A stretch of DNA of 64,000 nt from Gemmatimonadales bacterium (GTDB lineage Bacteria > Gemmatimonadota > Gemmatimonadetes > Gemmatimonadales > GWC2-71-9): positions 1 through 64,000 of the forward strand of contig JBFGJG010000013.1 in NCBI GenBank assembly GCA_041577295.1, read 5' to 3'. Positions within the stretch are counted from its first letter, which is position 1, and the number at the start of each line of letters is the position of its first letter. Below are positions 21,816-32,068 of the stretch, piece after piece. The notes under the pieces are model-generated. The model saw nothing but the letters and a program-made list of their open reading frames with translations, made no database searches and was not told the DNA's origin. The position numbers and the translations under genes are program-made.

Positions 21816-22690
21816 GCATTTTTATCGATGCGCAGACGCGACTGGTTGTCCAGGGGATCACCGGGCGGGACGGTTCCTTTCATACGCAACAGATGATGGA
21901 GTACGGTACCAACGTCGTCGCCGGTGTAACGCCCGGAAAGGGTGGTCAGCGCTTTGCGGACCGCGTGCCCATTTTCGACACCGTGGCCAAAGCCGTAGAG
22001 GAGACCGGGGCCGATGCGTCCGTGATCTATGTGCCTGCGCGATTCGCGGTGGATGCGGTGTACGAGGCCGCTGATGCCGGTGTGGCATTGATCGTGTGTA
22101 TCACTGAAGGCATTCCCGTACTCGACATGACCGGTCTGATCACGTTCGTGCGTGAGCGCGGTGCTCGTTTGATAGGACCGAACTGCCCCGGCCTGATCGC
22201 GCCCGGGCGATCCAAGGTGGGCATCATTCCCGGTCAAATCTGTCGTCAAGGGCGTATCGGCGTCGTGTCACGCAGCGGGACTCTCACCTACGAGATCATT
22301 CATCAGCTGAGCCGCAACGGCTTCGGACAATCGACCTGCGTGGGGATCGGTGGCGATCCCATCATCGGCACGACGTTCGTCGATTGCCTGCGAGCATTTC
22401 AGGAAGATGACGATACGGACGCCATTGTCATGATCGGTGAGATCGGCGGGACAGATGAGCAGGACGCCGCCCGGTACGTGGCAGACACGGTGGACAAACC
22501 GGTGGTCGGATTCATTGCGGGGCAGACCGCACCCCCCGGACGCCGTATGGGGCACGCCGGTGCGATCATTTCCGGATCGTCCGGTACCGCAGCGGAGAAG
22601 ATGGCCGCCTTCGCGAATGCGAACATCGCCGTGATGAAGCGACCCGCCGATGTGGTCCCACTTCTCCGGGAGCACGCACTAGCCGGGTGA
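21812..22690 (+). CDS. sucD: Succinyl-CoA ligase alpha subunit
   Basis: [27 protein letters not shown]. Confidence 0.97.
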   Translation: MSIFIDAQTRLVVQGITGRDGSFHTQQMMEYGTNVVAGVTPGKGGQRFADRVPIFDTVAKAVEETGADASVIYVPARFAVDAVYEAADAGVALIVCITEGIPVLDMTGLITFVRERGARLIGPNCPGLIAPGRSKVGIIPGQICRQGRIGVVSRSGTLTYEIIHQLSRNGFGQSTCVGIGGDPIIGTTFVDCLRAFQEDDDTDAIVMIGEIGGTDEQDAARYVADTVDKPVVGFIAGQTAPPGRRMGHAGAIISGSSGTAAEKMAAFANANIAVMKRPADVVPLLREHALAG

Positions 22691-23589
22691 AGCTTCTCGA
22701 TCTCTTGGCACCCGAGCGGGTGATCGTACCGCTACGAGCGGACACCTTGGAGGCAGCTGCCGAGCAACTCGTCGATTCCCTCGTGGCATCCGGTGCGGCG
22801 GAAGACCACGCCAAACTCCGTGAACTGGTGCAGGCGGAAGTGCCAACCCAGGTGGTCACACTGGGGGAGGCGTTCCTGCTGCATGCGCGGACGGATGCGG
22901 TGTCGCGGCTCGTGGCCGCGTTGGGTGTTGCCCCGGAACCGGTGCGTCGAGGTGACGATTCGAGCAAAGCCGCCCGAATTGTCATCGTGATCGTCGCCCC
23001 ACCCAAAGAGACCTCGGCGTACCTGCAGGCGCTCAGTGCCTTTGCCCGCGTGCTCGGCCGGACCGAAGTGGTGGAGGCGATCTCGACGGCCCGCGGTCCC
23101 CAAGATGTCTTGGCAGCAACGCCGCTGGCCGATGTGGAGCTTCCGGGCTACCTCACCGTGCGAGATGTGATGGTGCCGCGTACCTTGTCAGTCCGCTCCG
23201 ACGCGACGCTCGGTGAGGCTGCGAAGCTCATGGTCGCACACGGCGTCTCGGCGCTCCCCGTGGTGTCCGACACCAACGAGCTTCTGGGCATCGTGACGCA
23301 CCGGGAAGTGCTGCGCTATCTGCTACCCGTCTACGTCAAACGCATTAGTAGCGGCGCCTTCAAGCCGCCGCCGCGGGGGGCGCCGACCGAGGGCACCGAC
23401 CCGCACGACTTGCCAGTCCGGGAGATCATGGACCGGACGGTGCTGTCGGTTTCGGAGGATCAGACGCTGGCAAACGTGGCGACGCTGATGGTGAACAAGA
23501 ACCTGGAGCGATTTCCGGTCGTGCGGGAGGGAGCGCTCGTGGGCTTCCTGACCCGGGAGGATGTGGTCAGACGCATCTTTGGACGCTGA
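22687..23589 (+). CDS. PTS EIIA(type 2)-like domain fused to a CBS pair
   Basis: N-half resembles EIIA ([19 protein letters not shown]); C-half has two CBS repeats (VRDVM..SALPVV..LLGIVT; VREIM..RFPVV..LVGFLT). Confidence 0.8.
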   Translation: MKLLDLLAPERVIVPLRADTLEAAAEQLVDSLVASGAAEDHAKLRELVQAEVPTQVVTLGEAFLLHARTDAVSRLVAALGVAPEPVRRGDDSSKAARIVIVIVAPPKETSAYLQALSAFARVLGRTEVVEAISTARGPQDVLAATPLADVELPGYLTVRDVMVPRTLSVRSDATLGEAAKLMVAHGVSALPVVSDTNELLGIVTHREVLRYLLPVYVKRISSGAFKPPPRGAPTEGTDPHDLPVREIMDRTVLSVSEDQTLANVATLMVNKNLERFPVVREGALVGFLTREDVVRRIFGR

Positions 23590-23634
23590 TTCAGCAGCTC
23601 GCCTCGAGCAGTAGAAGAAAGGAATACGATTGTC

Positions 23635-24078
23635 ATGTCCGTGCAGCACACCTTAGCAATCATCAAACCGGACGCCGTGGCCGCCGGGAGGGCGGGGAAG
23701 ATCCTCGCACACCTGGAAGATGCCGGGTTTGTTCCCCGTGCCGCCCGGCTCGTCCGCCTCGCGATACCCGAGGCCGAGGGGTTCTATGCGGTGCACCGCG
23801 AGCGGCCTTTCTTTCGGTCACTGGTGACATTCATGACATCAGGTCCGTGCCTCCCGATTGTGCTCGAGCGCCAGGACGCCATCACGCACCTCCGCACGGT
23901 CGTCGGAGCGACCGACCCGGCTGAGGCTGCGACCGGGTCCGTTCGCAAGCTGTACGGTGAATCGAAAGAGCGTAACGCCATCCACGCGTCCGATTCGGTG
24001 GACAACGCGAAGCAGGAGATCGGGTTCTTCTTCCCTGAGTCGGAGATCCGGCGTCTGTGGGGCGACCTGCCTCGTTGA
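23635..24078 (+). CDS. ndk: Nucleoside diphosphate kinase
   Basis: TLAIIKPDAV, FYAVHRERPFF, NAIHASDS. Confidence 0.97.
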   Translation: MSVQHTLAIIKPDAVAAGRAGKILAHLEDAGFVPRAARLVRLAIPEAEGFYAVHRERPFFRSLVTFMTSGPCLPIVLERQDAITHLRTVVGATDPAEAATGSVRKLYGESKERNAIHASDSVDNAKQEIGFFFPESEIRRLWGDLPR

Positions 24079-24103
24079 CCCAAGTCGCTGTAATAATTAG
24101 CTT
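24075..24103 (+). promoter_or_regulatory. Putative sigma70 promoter of yceD-rpmF-plsX-fab operon
   Basis: TTGACC-N17-TAGCTT, 8 nt before ATG 24112, no clear SD. Confidence 0.6.
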
Positions 24104-24111
24104 TACAGGCT

Positions 24112-24627
24112 ATGTTAAGTATTGATGTCGCCTCGCTCGCCCGCGGGCCCGTCCCCACGGTGGCCGAGATTCCGTCTACGGACGCCTTGCTGCACGATTT
24201 GGACATCGTCCCGATCGATGCGGTGCGTGTGCGCGGCCGACTTACGGAATCCGGACCGGGCCGCTATTACTGGCAGGCAGAGCTCAGCACACGGGTAACC
24301 ATTTCGTGCCGCAGGTGCCTGGCGCCGGTGACCACGTCGGTGCAGGTGCCTGTCAATGTGCTGTTTGCGGAGGATGCCGGAATCGACGATCCGGCGGTGT
24401 ATCCGATCCCACCGCGGACGCGCGAGTTGGATCTCAGCGACGCGGTACGTGAAGAGTTGATTCTCGCACTCCCAGAGTACGTGCTTTGCTCGGAAGATTG
24501 TCGTGGAATCTGTGCGGGGTGCGGTGCGGATCTCAACACGGCGCGATGCACCTGCCGTCACGAGCCCGATGCCCGTTGGGGCGTGCTCGAGACGCTGAAG
24601 TCATCGCAGCCTACAGAAGAAAGGTAA
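24112..24627 (+). CDS. yceD: DUF177/YceD family protein
   Basis: CRRCL, CSEDCRGICAGCG, DARWGVL; directly upstream of rpmF. Confidence 0.9.
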   Translation: MLSIDVASLARGPVPTVAEIPSTDALLHDLDIVPIDAVRVRGRLTESGPGRYYWQAELSTRVTISCRRCLAPVTTSVQVPVNVLFAEDAGIDDPAVYPIPPRTRELDLSDAVREELILALPEYVLCSEDCRGICAGCGADLNTARCTCRHEPDARWGVLETLKSSQPTEER

Positions 24628-24636
24628 CGAGCCACC

Positions 24637-24819
24637 ATGGCTGTCCCGAAGCGTAGAACGTCCAAGAGCCGGAAGCGCAAACGGCGCAATCATTACAAGG
24701 CGGCAATGCCAACCGTCCAGGCGTGTCCACGATGCGGCGATCCACGTCGGCCCCATCGCGTGTGCCCGAGCTGCGGTTATTACGGGGAAGAGCAGCGGAT
24801 CGCAGTCGAGGAGGTCTGA
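24637..24819 (+). CDS. rpmF: 50S ribosomal protein L32
   Basis: [26 protein letters not shown]. Confidence 0.97.
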   Translation: MAVPKRRTSKSRKRKRRNHYKAAMPTVQACPRCGDPRRPHRVCPSCGYYGEEQRIAVEEV

Positions 24820-24822
24820 TCG

Positions 24823-25812
24823 ATGCCGCGGATCGCCCTCGACGCGATGGGAGGGGATCGCGGCCCCGAGACAACCGTCGCCGGAGCCATGCAGGCACTC
24901 ACAGAGCTCCCCGACAGCGCTGAAATCTTGCTCGTGGGTCGGTCCGCAACCCTGAACGCCGAGATGTCCAAGCACGGCGACGCCCAGGGGCGGATCCGGG
25001 TCATTGAGGCTCCTGAAGACATCGGGATGCACGAAAAACCGCTCGCGGCCGTACGGGCGAAGCCGCGTTCCTCCATTCGCGTCGGGCTCGAGCTCCAAAA
25101 ACGCGGCGAGGCGGATGCGTTCATCTCGGCGGGCAACACCGGTGCCATCATGGCGGCGAGTCTCTTACTCCTCGGTCTCCACCCCGGCGTCGAACGCCCG
25201 GCGATCGGAACGCTCTTTCCCACCGGCGTCAAGCCGGTCCTCGTGCTGGATAGCGGTGCAAACATCGACTGTTCTGCGCGCGAGCTGCGAGGCTTCGCGC
25301 ACATCGGCGCGGTCTACGCGCGCGATGTCCTACAGCGGTCGGACCCGGTGGTTGGATTGCTCAACATTGGTGAGGAAGAGGAGAAGGGGAACGCCGCCGT
25401 CCGCGGGGCCTTCGCCTTGCTCAAGGGCGATGCAGGCATCCGCTTCGCCGGCAACGTAGAGGGTCGTGACATCTTGAGCGGGGCTTGCGATGTCGTCGTG
25501 TGTGACGGCTTCGTCGGCAACGTGGTGCTCAAGTTCTACGAGTCGGTTGCGGATGTGTTCCGTGACTTCTTGCGGCGCGAAATGGACCCGCAAGTCCTCC
25601 GTGGGCCGGCCATGCAGCGCGTCTTCAAGGTGCTGGATTACTCCGAGTACGGTGGGGCACCGCTGCTGGGCGTGCGCGGCGTCTCGATCATCTGTCACGG
25701 CGCATCGCCGCCGCGTGCCATCAAGAACGCCATCCGAGTGGCCTTCCAAGCTGTGGAGAGCCAAGTGAGTCGTCACATTGCTGCGGAGTTCGCCGACGGG
25801 GCTGCGGTGTGA
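24823..25812 (+). CDS. plsX: Phosphate acyltransferase
   Basis: IALDAMGGD, SAGNTGA, NIGEEEEKG, CDGFVGN, YGGAPLLG. Confidence 0.97.
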   Translation: MPRIALDAMGGDRGPETTVAGAMQALTELPDSAEILLVGRSATLNAEMSKHGDAQGRIRVIEAPEDIGMHEKPLAAVRAKPRSSIRVGLELQKRGEADAFISAGNTGAIMAASLLLLGLHPGVERPAIGTLFPTGVKPVLVLDSGANIDCSARELRGFAHIGAVYARDVLQRSDPVVGLLNIGEEEEKGNAAVRGAFALLKGDAGIRFAGNVEGRDILSGACDVVVCDGFVGNVVLKFYESVADVFRDFLRREMDPQVLRGPAMQRVFKVLDYSEYGGAPLLGVRGVSIICHGASPPRAIKNAIRVAFQAVESQVSRHIAAEFADGAAV

Positions 25813-26798
25813 AGCGGCCAATCGCAGAACTGGTTGGCACCGGGCGTTACGTGCCGCTGAAGGTGCTCACCAATGCCGATCTCGAGAGGTTGGTCGACAC
25901 CTCCGACGATTGGATCCGCGAGCGCACGGGTATCGGTGAACGCCATATTGCCGATCAGCACGAGACCGTGGCGCACATGTCCACGCGGGCGTGTGAGGCC
26001 GTACTCGAGGTAGCGGGTCTCGCTGCGGAGGACGTGGATGCGATCATCCTCGGCACGGCGACGCCGGACCGTCTGCTTCCGGCGACTGCTTGTGATCTCC
26101 AAGCCCAGCTGGGAGCGGTCAACGCGGCTGCATTCGATCTAGGAGCCGCGTGCAGCGGCTTCTTGTACGGACTCACCGTCGCCGAAGGCATGATCTCCAC
26201 GGGCGCGGCGCGTCATGTACTCGTGGTGGGTGCCGAGCGCTTGTCGACGATCGTCGACTACTCCGATCGCGCCACCTGCATCCTGTTCGGCGACGGGGCT
26301 GGCGCAACGCTGGTGCGTCCGGCTTCCAACGGTGACCGGGGGATTCTGTCGACATACATGAAGTCCGATGGGACGCTAGCGGATCTGTTGTACCGTCCTG
26401 GTGGCGGCGGCAACCAACCGCCCAACGAGGCCTTGCTCGCCGATCGGTCGTATTACATCAAGATGGCGGGCCGGGAGGTGTTCAAAAATGCCGTACGCTC
26501 GATGGCCGACGCGTGCGACCGAGCAATGGAACAGGCGGGAGTCAAGGGCGAGGACATCGACATTCTCATCCCGCACCAGGCAAACATCCGCATCATCGAA
26601 GCCACCGCGAAACACGCCGACATTCCCATGGAAAAGGTGTACGTGAACGTGGATCGGTACGGGAATACGTCGGCGGCTTCGATACCGATCGCCCTCGACG
26701 AATGCGTTCGGTGCGGTCGGATCAAGCCGGGATCGCTCGTGCTTCTCGTGGCGTTTGGCGGCGGCTTTACCTGGGCGAGTGTCGTGCTCCGGTGGTAA
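25809..26798 (+). CDS. fabH: 3-oxoacyl-ACP synthase III
   Basis: AACSG, PHQAN, YGNTS catalytic triad. Confidence 0.96.
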   Translation: MKRPIAELVGTGRYVPLKVLTNADLERLVDTSDDWIRERTGIGERHIADQHETVAHMSTRACEAVLEVAGLAAEDVDAIILGTATPDRLLPATACDLQAQLGAVNAAAFDLGAACSGFLYGLTVAEGMISTGAARHVLVVGAERLSTIVDYSDRATCILFGDGAGATLVRPASNGDRGILSTYMKSDGTLADLLYRPGGGGNQPPNEALLADRSYYIKMAGREVFKNAVRSMADACDRAMEQAGVKGEDIDILIPHQANIRIIEATAKHADIPMEKVYVNVDRYGNTSAASIPIALDECVRCGRIKPGSLVLLVAFGGGFTWASVVLRW

Positions 26799-27730
26799 GA
26801 GCAGCTCTCTTGTGCCCGGGACAGGGGGCACAACGGGTGGGGATGGGCAAGGACCTCGCGGAGCGCTTTCCCGCCGCCCGCGAAGCCTTTGCCGCGGCGG
26901 ATGAGGCGCTCGGCGTTGCGCTATCCCGCCTTGCGTGGGATGGCCCGGAAGACGAATTGACCCTCACCCACAACGCTCAGCCAGCGATTCTCGTGCACTC
27001 CCTCGCGGTATTCGTGGTGGTCTGCGATGCCGTTGGACCGGTCGTAGCGTCTGGCCACTCGTTGGGCGAGTATAGCGCCTATGCCACGGCTGGCTCGCTG
27101 GAGATTGCCGATGCGGTGCGGTTGGTCCGGCGCCGTGGGGAGTTGATGCTCGAAGCGGGTCAGCAGCGGTCCGGGACGATGGCGGCGGTCATCGGTCTCG
27201 ATGCCGACGTCGTGGAGGCCGTCTGCCAATCGGAAAGCGGAGGTGGTCACGTCGTGGTTGCCGCGAACTTCAATGCGCCCGATCAGACGGTCATCTCGGG
27301 CGATCCCGATGCCATCGAGCGGGCAGCGGAGCAGCTGCGAGCCGCGGGCGCGAAACGGGTGCTCCCGCTGAAGGTGAGCGGCGCGTTCCATTCGCCGTTG
27401 ATGATGCCCGCACAGATCGGGCTTCGGAACGAGCTCGACGAGATCGACCTGCGAGATCCCGCGTTCCCGGTGATCGCGAACGTCACCGGTGACACCGTTA
27501 CCACGGCGGATGAGGCCCGGCGTCGACTCGGAGAGCAACTCACGGCACCCGTGCGTTGGGTGGCGTCGATGCGGCGGGCGGCGACGCTGGTCGATGGAGA
27601 TACGAGCTTTGTCGAGATCGGCCCGGGCAACGTGCTCGCCGGACTGCTCCGGCGTATCGTGCCGGAGCGAACGGTCGTGAGCCTCGGGACCGCGGATCAG
27701 GTCACTGCGTTCTTGGAGCAACACGGATGA
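26792..27730 (+). CDS. fabD: Malonyl-CoA:ACP transacylase
   Basis: PGQGAQ, GHSLGE, SGAFHS; GTG 26792. Confidence 0.96.
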   Translation: MVRAALLCPGQGAQRVGMGKDLAERFPAAREAFAAADEALGVALSRLAWDGPEDELTLTHNAQPAILVHSLAVFVVVCDAVGPVVASGHSLGEYSAYATAGSLEIADAVRLVRRRGELMLEAGQQRSGTMAAVIGLDADVVEAVCQSESGGGHVVVAANFNAPDQTVISGDPDAIERAAEQLRAAGAKRVLPLKVSGAFHSPLMMPAQIGLRNELDEIDLRDPAFPVIANVTGDTVTTADEARRRLGEQLTAPVRWVASMRRAATLVDGDTSFVEIGPGNVLAGLLRRIVPERTVVSLGTADQVTAFLEQHG

Positions 27731-28464
27731 TCGATCTCGCAGGGAAGGTAGCCATCGTGACCGGTGGATCCCGCGGCATTGGGCTCGCGATTGCCCAGCA
27801 ACTCGCCGCGCATGGCGCCGCGGTCGCCATCTTTGCGCGCGATGGCGATCGTGCCCGTTCCGTGGCCGGTGTGCTGGACGGGCAGAAGGCCGTTGGGCTC
27901 GGCGTTGATGTCGCCGATCCGACCAAGGCCGAAACGGCCGTGGCGGAAGTCGAGCAACAACTCGGGCCGGTCGAGATCCTGGTGAACAACGCCGGCATCA
28001 CGCGCGATGGTGTGATCGTCCGCATGAGCCTCGACGATTGGGACGCGGTGCACGACGTGAACCTGCGTGGGGCGTTTACGATGACCAAGCTCGTCACGCG
28101 AGGGATGATGAAGCGACGTTGGGGCCGGATCGTCAACGTGACGAGCATCGTGGGGATCACGGGAAACCGAGGACAGGCGAACTACGCCGCGTCCAAGGCC
28201 GGACTCATCGGACTCACGAAGTCGGTGGCCAAAGAGCTCGCATCGCGCAACATCCTGGTGAACGCAGTGGCACCAGGGTTCATCGATACGGACATGACGA
28301 GTGGGTTGCCGGCGGATGCCCGCGACGCGCTGCTGAAGCAGATTCCCCTCGGACGTCTCGGCAGTGCCGCTGAGATTGCCAATGCCGTACTCTTCCTCGT
28401 GTCGGATCTGGCAAACTACATTACAGGCCAGGTGTTGGTCGTCGATGGTGGGATGGTTTCCTGA
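27727..28464 (+). CDS. fabG: 3-oxoacyl-ACP reductase
   Basis: TGGSRGIG, NNAGITRD, YAASK; ATG 27727. Confidence 0.96.
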   Translation: MIDLAGKVAIVTGGSRGIGLAIAQQLAAHGAAVAIFARDGDRARSVAGVLDGQKAVGLGVDVADPTKAETAVAEVEQQLGPVEILVNNAGITRDGVIVRMSLDDWDAVHDVNLRGAFTMTKLVTRGMMKRRWGRIVNVTSIVGITGNRGQANYAASKAGLIGLTKSVAKELASRNILVNAVAPGFIDTDMTSGLPADARDALLKQIPLGRLGSAAEIANAVLFLVSDLANYITGQVLVVDGGMVS

Positions 28465-28491
28465 CACAACCCGTTGAGAGGTGGGACGCAG

Positions 28492-28740
28492 ATGACAAAC
28501 ATGGCGCAGCTCGAAGAAAAAGTGAAAGACATCATCGTCGAAGAACTGGGTGTCGAGCGAGACAAGCTCACTGATGGCGCCAGCTTTATGGAGGATTTGG
28601 GGGCTGATAGCCTGGATACGGTGGAGCTCGTCATGGCTTTTGAGAAGGAGTTTGATATCGATATTCCCGACGAGGAAGCCGAGCAGTTGCGGACGGTCGG
28701 TGACGCCATGAAGTACTTGCACGAGAAGATCGGGAAGTAA
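28492..28740 (+). CDS. acpP: Acyl carrier protein
   Basis: [14 protein letters not shown]. Confidence 0.97.
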   Translation: MTNMAQLEEKVKDIIVEELGVERDKLTDGASFMEDLGADSLDTVELVMAFEKEFDIDIPDEEAEQLRTVGDAMKYLHEKIGK

Positions 28741-28745
28741 GCCAC

Positions 28746-29987
28746 TTGACACGGCGCGTCGTCGTTACCGGGCTGGGGCTCATGTCCCCGCTCGGCAAGT
28801 CTGTTGACGAAACCTGGCAGGGGTTGGTCTCCGGGTGCTCCGGAGCGGCTCCCATCGAACGGTTCGACCCGTCGAATCTCGATGTACGCTTTGGATGTGA
28901 GGTCAAAGGATTCGACCCCTTGTCCTACATGGACCGCAAGGAGGCCAAGCGCTGCGATCTGTACGCCCAGTACGGCATTGCAGCCGCGGACGAGGCGGTG
29001 CGCGATGCGGGGTTCAACGGACGTGCAATACCTGGGGAACGCACCGGTGTGGTGGTGGGGAGCGGCATTGGTGGGATCTGGACGTTCGAGGAGCAGTGCA
29101 AGCTCTACCTCGAAAAAGGGCCCAACCGCGTGTCCCCTTTCTTTGTCCCGATGTTCATTCCAGACATGGCGTCGGGTCTCATCTCCATCCGTACTGGGGC
29201 CAAGGGACCCAACTATTGCACCGTGTCCGCGTGTGCCTCGAGCGCACACGCCATCGGCGAGTCCTTCAACCTCATCGAGAGCGGCACGGCCGATGTCATG
29301 ATCACGGGAGGGGCGGAGGCGGCGATCACGCCACTCGCCATCGCCGGCTTCTCCAATATGAAAGCGCTATCGACGCGGAATGACGACCCCGCGAGAGCCT
29401 CGAGACCGTTCGATCGGGATCGGGATGGCTTCGTAATGGGTGACGGCGCGGGCATCGTGGTTCTCGAGGAGTTGGAGCACGCGCGCCGTCGCAGCGCCAA
29501 GATCTATGCGGAGATCATCGGCTACGGAATGAGTGCGGACGCGCATCATATGACACAGCCCGCGCCGGGTGGTGCGGGCGCCAAGTTGGCGATGCGAGAA
29601 TGCCTGAAAGACGCCGGGCTCGAACCGCACGACGTCGACTACATCAACCCGCACGGTACCTCCACACCCCACGGTGATCTCGCCGAGATTCAGGCCGTCA
29701 AGGAGGTCTTTGGCTCGCACGCCTCGCACCTCGTCATCGCGTCCACGAAGTCGATGACGGGGCATTTGCTCGGCGCCGCGGGAGGGCTCGAGTTCATTGT
29801 TTGTGTGTTGGCGATGCGGCATGGGATCATCCCACCCACGATCAACGTCGACAATCAGGACCCCGAATGTGATCTGAACGTCGCACCGAATCAGGCCGTG
29901 AAACGGGACGTGCGTGTGGCCGTCTCGAACTCGTTCGGGTTCGGCGGGCACAACGTCTCGCTGGCGCTGAGGCGTTACGAGGCGTGA
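28746..29987 (+). CDS. fabF: 3-oxoacyl-ACP synthase II
   Basis: SACAS, PHGTST, KSMTGHLLGAAG, NSFGFGGHN; TTG start. Confidence 0.97.
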   Translation: MTRRVVVTGLGLMSPLGKSVDETWQGLVSGCSGAAPIERFDPSNLDVRFGCEVKGFDPLSYMDRKEAKRCDLYAQYGIAAADEAVRDAGFNGRAIPGERTGVVVGSGIGGIWTFEEQCKLYLEKGPNRVSPFFVPMFIPDMASGLISIRTGAKGPNYCTVSACASSAHAIGESFNLIESGTADVMITGGAEAAITPLAIAGFSNMKALSTRNDDPARASRPFDRDRDGFVMGDGAGIVVLEELEHARRRSAKIYAEIIGYGMSADAHHMTQPAPGGAGAKLAMRECLKDAGLEPHDVDYINPHGTSTPHGDLAEIQAVKEVFGSHASHLVIASTKSMTGHLLGAAGGLEFIVCVLAMRHGIIPPTINVDNQDPECDLNVAPNQAVKRDVRVAVSNSFGFGGHNVSLALRRYEA

Positions 29988-31201
29988 TGGTTTCCTTGGC
30001 TCCGCGCGATCCAAGCCTGCGCTCCGTCGCTCAGAAGGTAGCGGAGGGTCACCGGCTCGATCGAGAGGACGCCCTCCAGCTGTATGCGAGCGACGATCTC
30101 TTGACCATCGGAAGTCTCGCCAGCGAGGTCAATCGACGGACGAGTGGGGAACGTGTTTTCTTTGCGGCGAATCAACACATCAATCCGACCAACGTGTGCG
30201 TGCTGCGCAAGACGTGTGTATTCTGTTCATTCGCCCGGATGCCCAAGGAAGAGGGGGCGTATACCCGCACGCTGGATGAAGTGTTCGCCGAGGCCGAGGC
30301 GGCTCGCTACAACCCCACCCGCGAGTTTCACATCGTCGGCGGTCTCCATCCCAAGCTCAGACTCTCGTACTACTCGGAGCTGATCCGAGGCCTCAAGGAG
30401 CGTCATCCTCAGGTTCATATCAAGGCACTCACCGCGGTCGAGATCGCCCATCTCGCCCATATTGAGCGGATCACGACCGTCGAGGTTCTTCAAGAGCTCA
30501 AGGCTGCCGGGCTCGACACCTTGCCGGGCGGTGGTGCAGAGGTTTTTGGCCCGGCGGTGCGGGAGACCATTGCCGATCGCAAGCTCTGCGCGGAAGACTG
30601 GCTACGTGTTCATCGCGAGGCACATGGTCTTGGCATCCGGAGCAACTGCACGATGCTCTACGGTCACATCGAGACGGTGGAGGATCGCGTGGAGCACCTC
30701 GTGGCGTTGCGTGACCTACAAGACGAGACGGGCGGCTTCCTCACGTACATTCCGCTGGCGTACCACCCGGACCACAACGAGCTGGGAGAGGAGCTGGGGC
30801 GCGTCGGGACGGCAACGACGGGATTTGACGACCTGAAAAACGTTGCGGTGGGCCGCCTATTTCTCGACAACATTCCGCATGTGAAGACGCACTGGCCCAT
30901 GGTTACGCCGTTTCTCTCGCAGATTGCGCTGGCCTTCGGCTGCGATGATGTCGAGGGGACGGTGGTCTACGAGCGCGTGTACCACGATGCGGGTGCAATG
31001 ACCCCGATGATGCTCTCGTATGGTGAGATCGTTCGCATGATCAAGGCAGCCGGTAAGGATCCGGTCGAGCGCGATTCCTTGTACAACGTGGTGCGGACAT
31101 TCGAGGCGAACGATCCCATCTTCGATGCACGCGCCGGGAGGGCCTCCGGCTTTGCTGCGAGCCAAGAGCTCGTGGAGCTCGTGGGGACCGGACGCGCATG
31201 A
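29984..31201 (+). CDS. mqnE: Aminofutalosine synthase (radical SAM)
   Basis: HINPTNVC..CVFC, EFHIVGGLHP, PGGGAE, TMLYGHIET; adjacent to mqnA and mqnC. Confidence 0.85.
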   Translation: MMVSLAPRDPSLRSVAQKVAEGHRLDREDALQLYASDDLLTIGSLASEVNRRTSGERVFFAANQHINPTNVCVLRKTCVFCSFARMPKEEGAYTRTLDEVFAEAEAARYNPTREFHIVGGLHPKLRLSYYSELIRGLKERHPQVHIKALTAVEIAHLAHIERITTVEVLQELKAAGLDTLPGGGAEVFGPAVRETIADRKLCAEDWLRVHREAHGLGIRSNCTMLYGHIETVEDRVEHLVALRDLQDETGGFLTYIPLAYHPDHNELGEELGRVGTATTGFDDLKNVAVGRLFLDNIPHVKTHWPMVTPFLSQIALAFGCDDVEGTVVYERVYHDAGAMTPMMLSYGEIVRMIKAAGKDPVERDSLYNVVRTFEANDPIFDARAGRASGFAASQELVELVGTGRA

Positions 31202-32058
31202 GCCGGACACGCAACACGACGCGACCGAGCGGCAGGATGCGGGTTGGCCGGATCGGGTATATCAACTGTTACCCGGTGTACGGCGCAATCGATCGGGGTA
31301 TGGTGAACGTGGCTGCGGAGCTCGTGACGGGGACACCGTCCGAACTCAACGGGCTGCTCGCGGCTGGCGAGTTGGATGTGTCGGTGGTCTCCGCGGTGGA
31401 GTACGCACGGAACGCCGGCGCCTACCATCTTCTGCCGGATCTCGCGATCTCCTGCGACGGCCCGGTGCGGAGCGTAGCACTCTTTTCCGACCGGCCCGCA
31501 GAGGAGCTGGACGGGGTCACCGTGCTCGTCTCGGAGTCGTCACGTACCTCGGTGTATCTGCTGGAACTCCTCTGCCACGAGGTGTGGAACGTCCGGCCGA
31601 CACTAGTTCAAGCTCGCACAGAGGCCGGGGACCTTGATGCCCTCGCCTCGCTTCCCCATCAAGGTGTCTTAGTGATTGGAGACGCAGCGCTGTTGTTGGC
31701 AGCGCGCGGGCGGTATCGCTTCCGGTATGATCTGGGTGAAGGGTGGAAGCAGTGGACGGGGCTTCCGTTTGTGTTTGCCGTATGGGCTACGCGGCGGCAG
31801 GCGCATCAGGACGACGCGAGGGCGGTGCACGCGGCGCTGCTCGAGTCGCGGGCGTGGGGGCTCTCCCATCTCGATGAGCTCGCTGCGCAGGCGAATGCCG
31901 CCACGGGGATCGCGCTTTCCGAGTGCCGGGCCTACCTTTCCGGTCTCGATTACGCGCTTACCTATCGCCATCTCGAGGGACTGACGAGTTTCTTCCGGCG
32001 TCTTGCCCAGCGAGGCCGGCTTCCGGAAGGATCGTTGGCCTTCCTCTCGGTGGCGTGA
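31198..32058 (+). CDS. mqnA: Chorismate dehydratase (MqnA/MqnD family)
   Basis: RIGYINCYP, GPVRSV, SRTSV, IGDAAL, TGLPFVFAVW. Confidence 0.9.
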   Translation: MSRTRNTTRPSGRMRVGRIGYINCYPVYGAIDRGMVNVAAELVTGTPSELNGLLAAGELDVSVVSAVEYARNAGAYHLLPDLAISCDGPVRSVALFSDRPAEELDGVTVLVSESSRTSVYLLELLCHEVWNVRPTLVQARTEAGDLDALASLPHQGVLVIGDAALLLAARGRYRFRYDLGEGWKQWTGLPFVFAVWATRRQAHQDDARAVHAALLESRAWGLSHLDELAAQANAATGIALSECRAYLSGLDYALTYRHLEGLTSFFRRLAQRGRLPEGSLAFLSVA

Positions 32059-32068
32059 GCGTGCCAGC

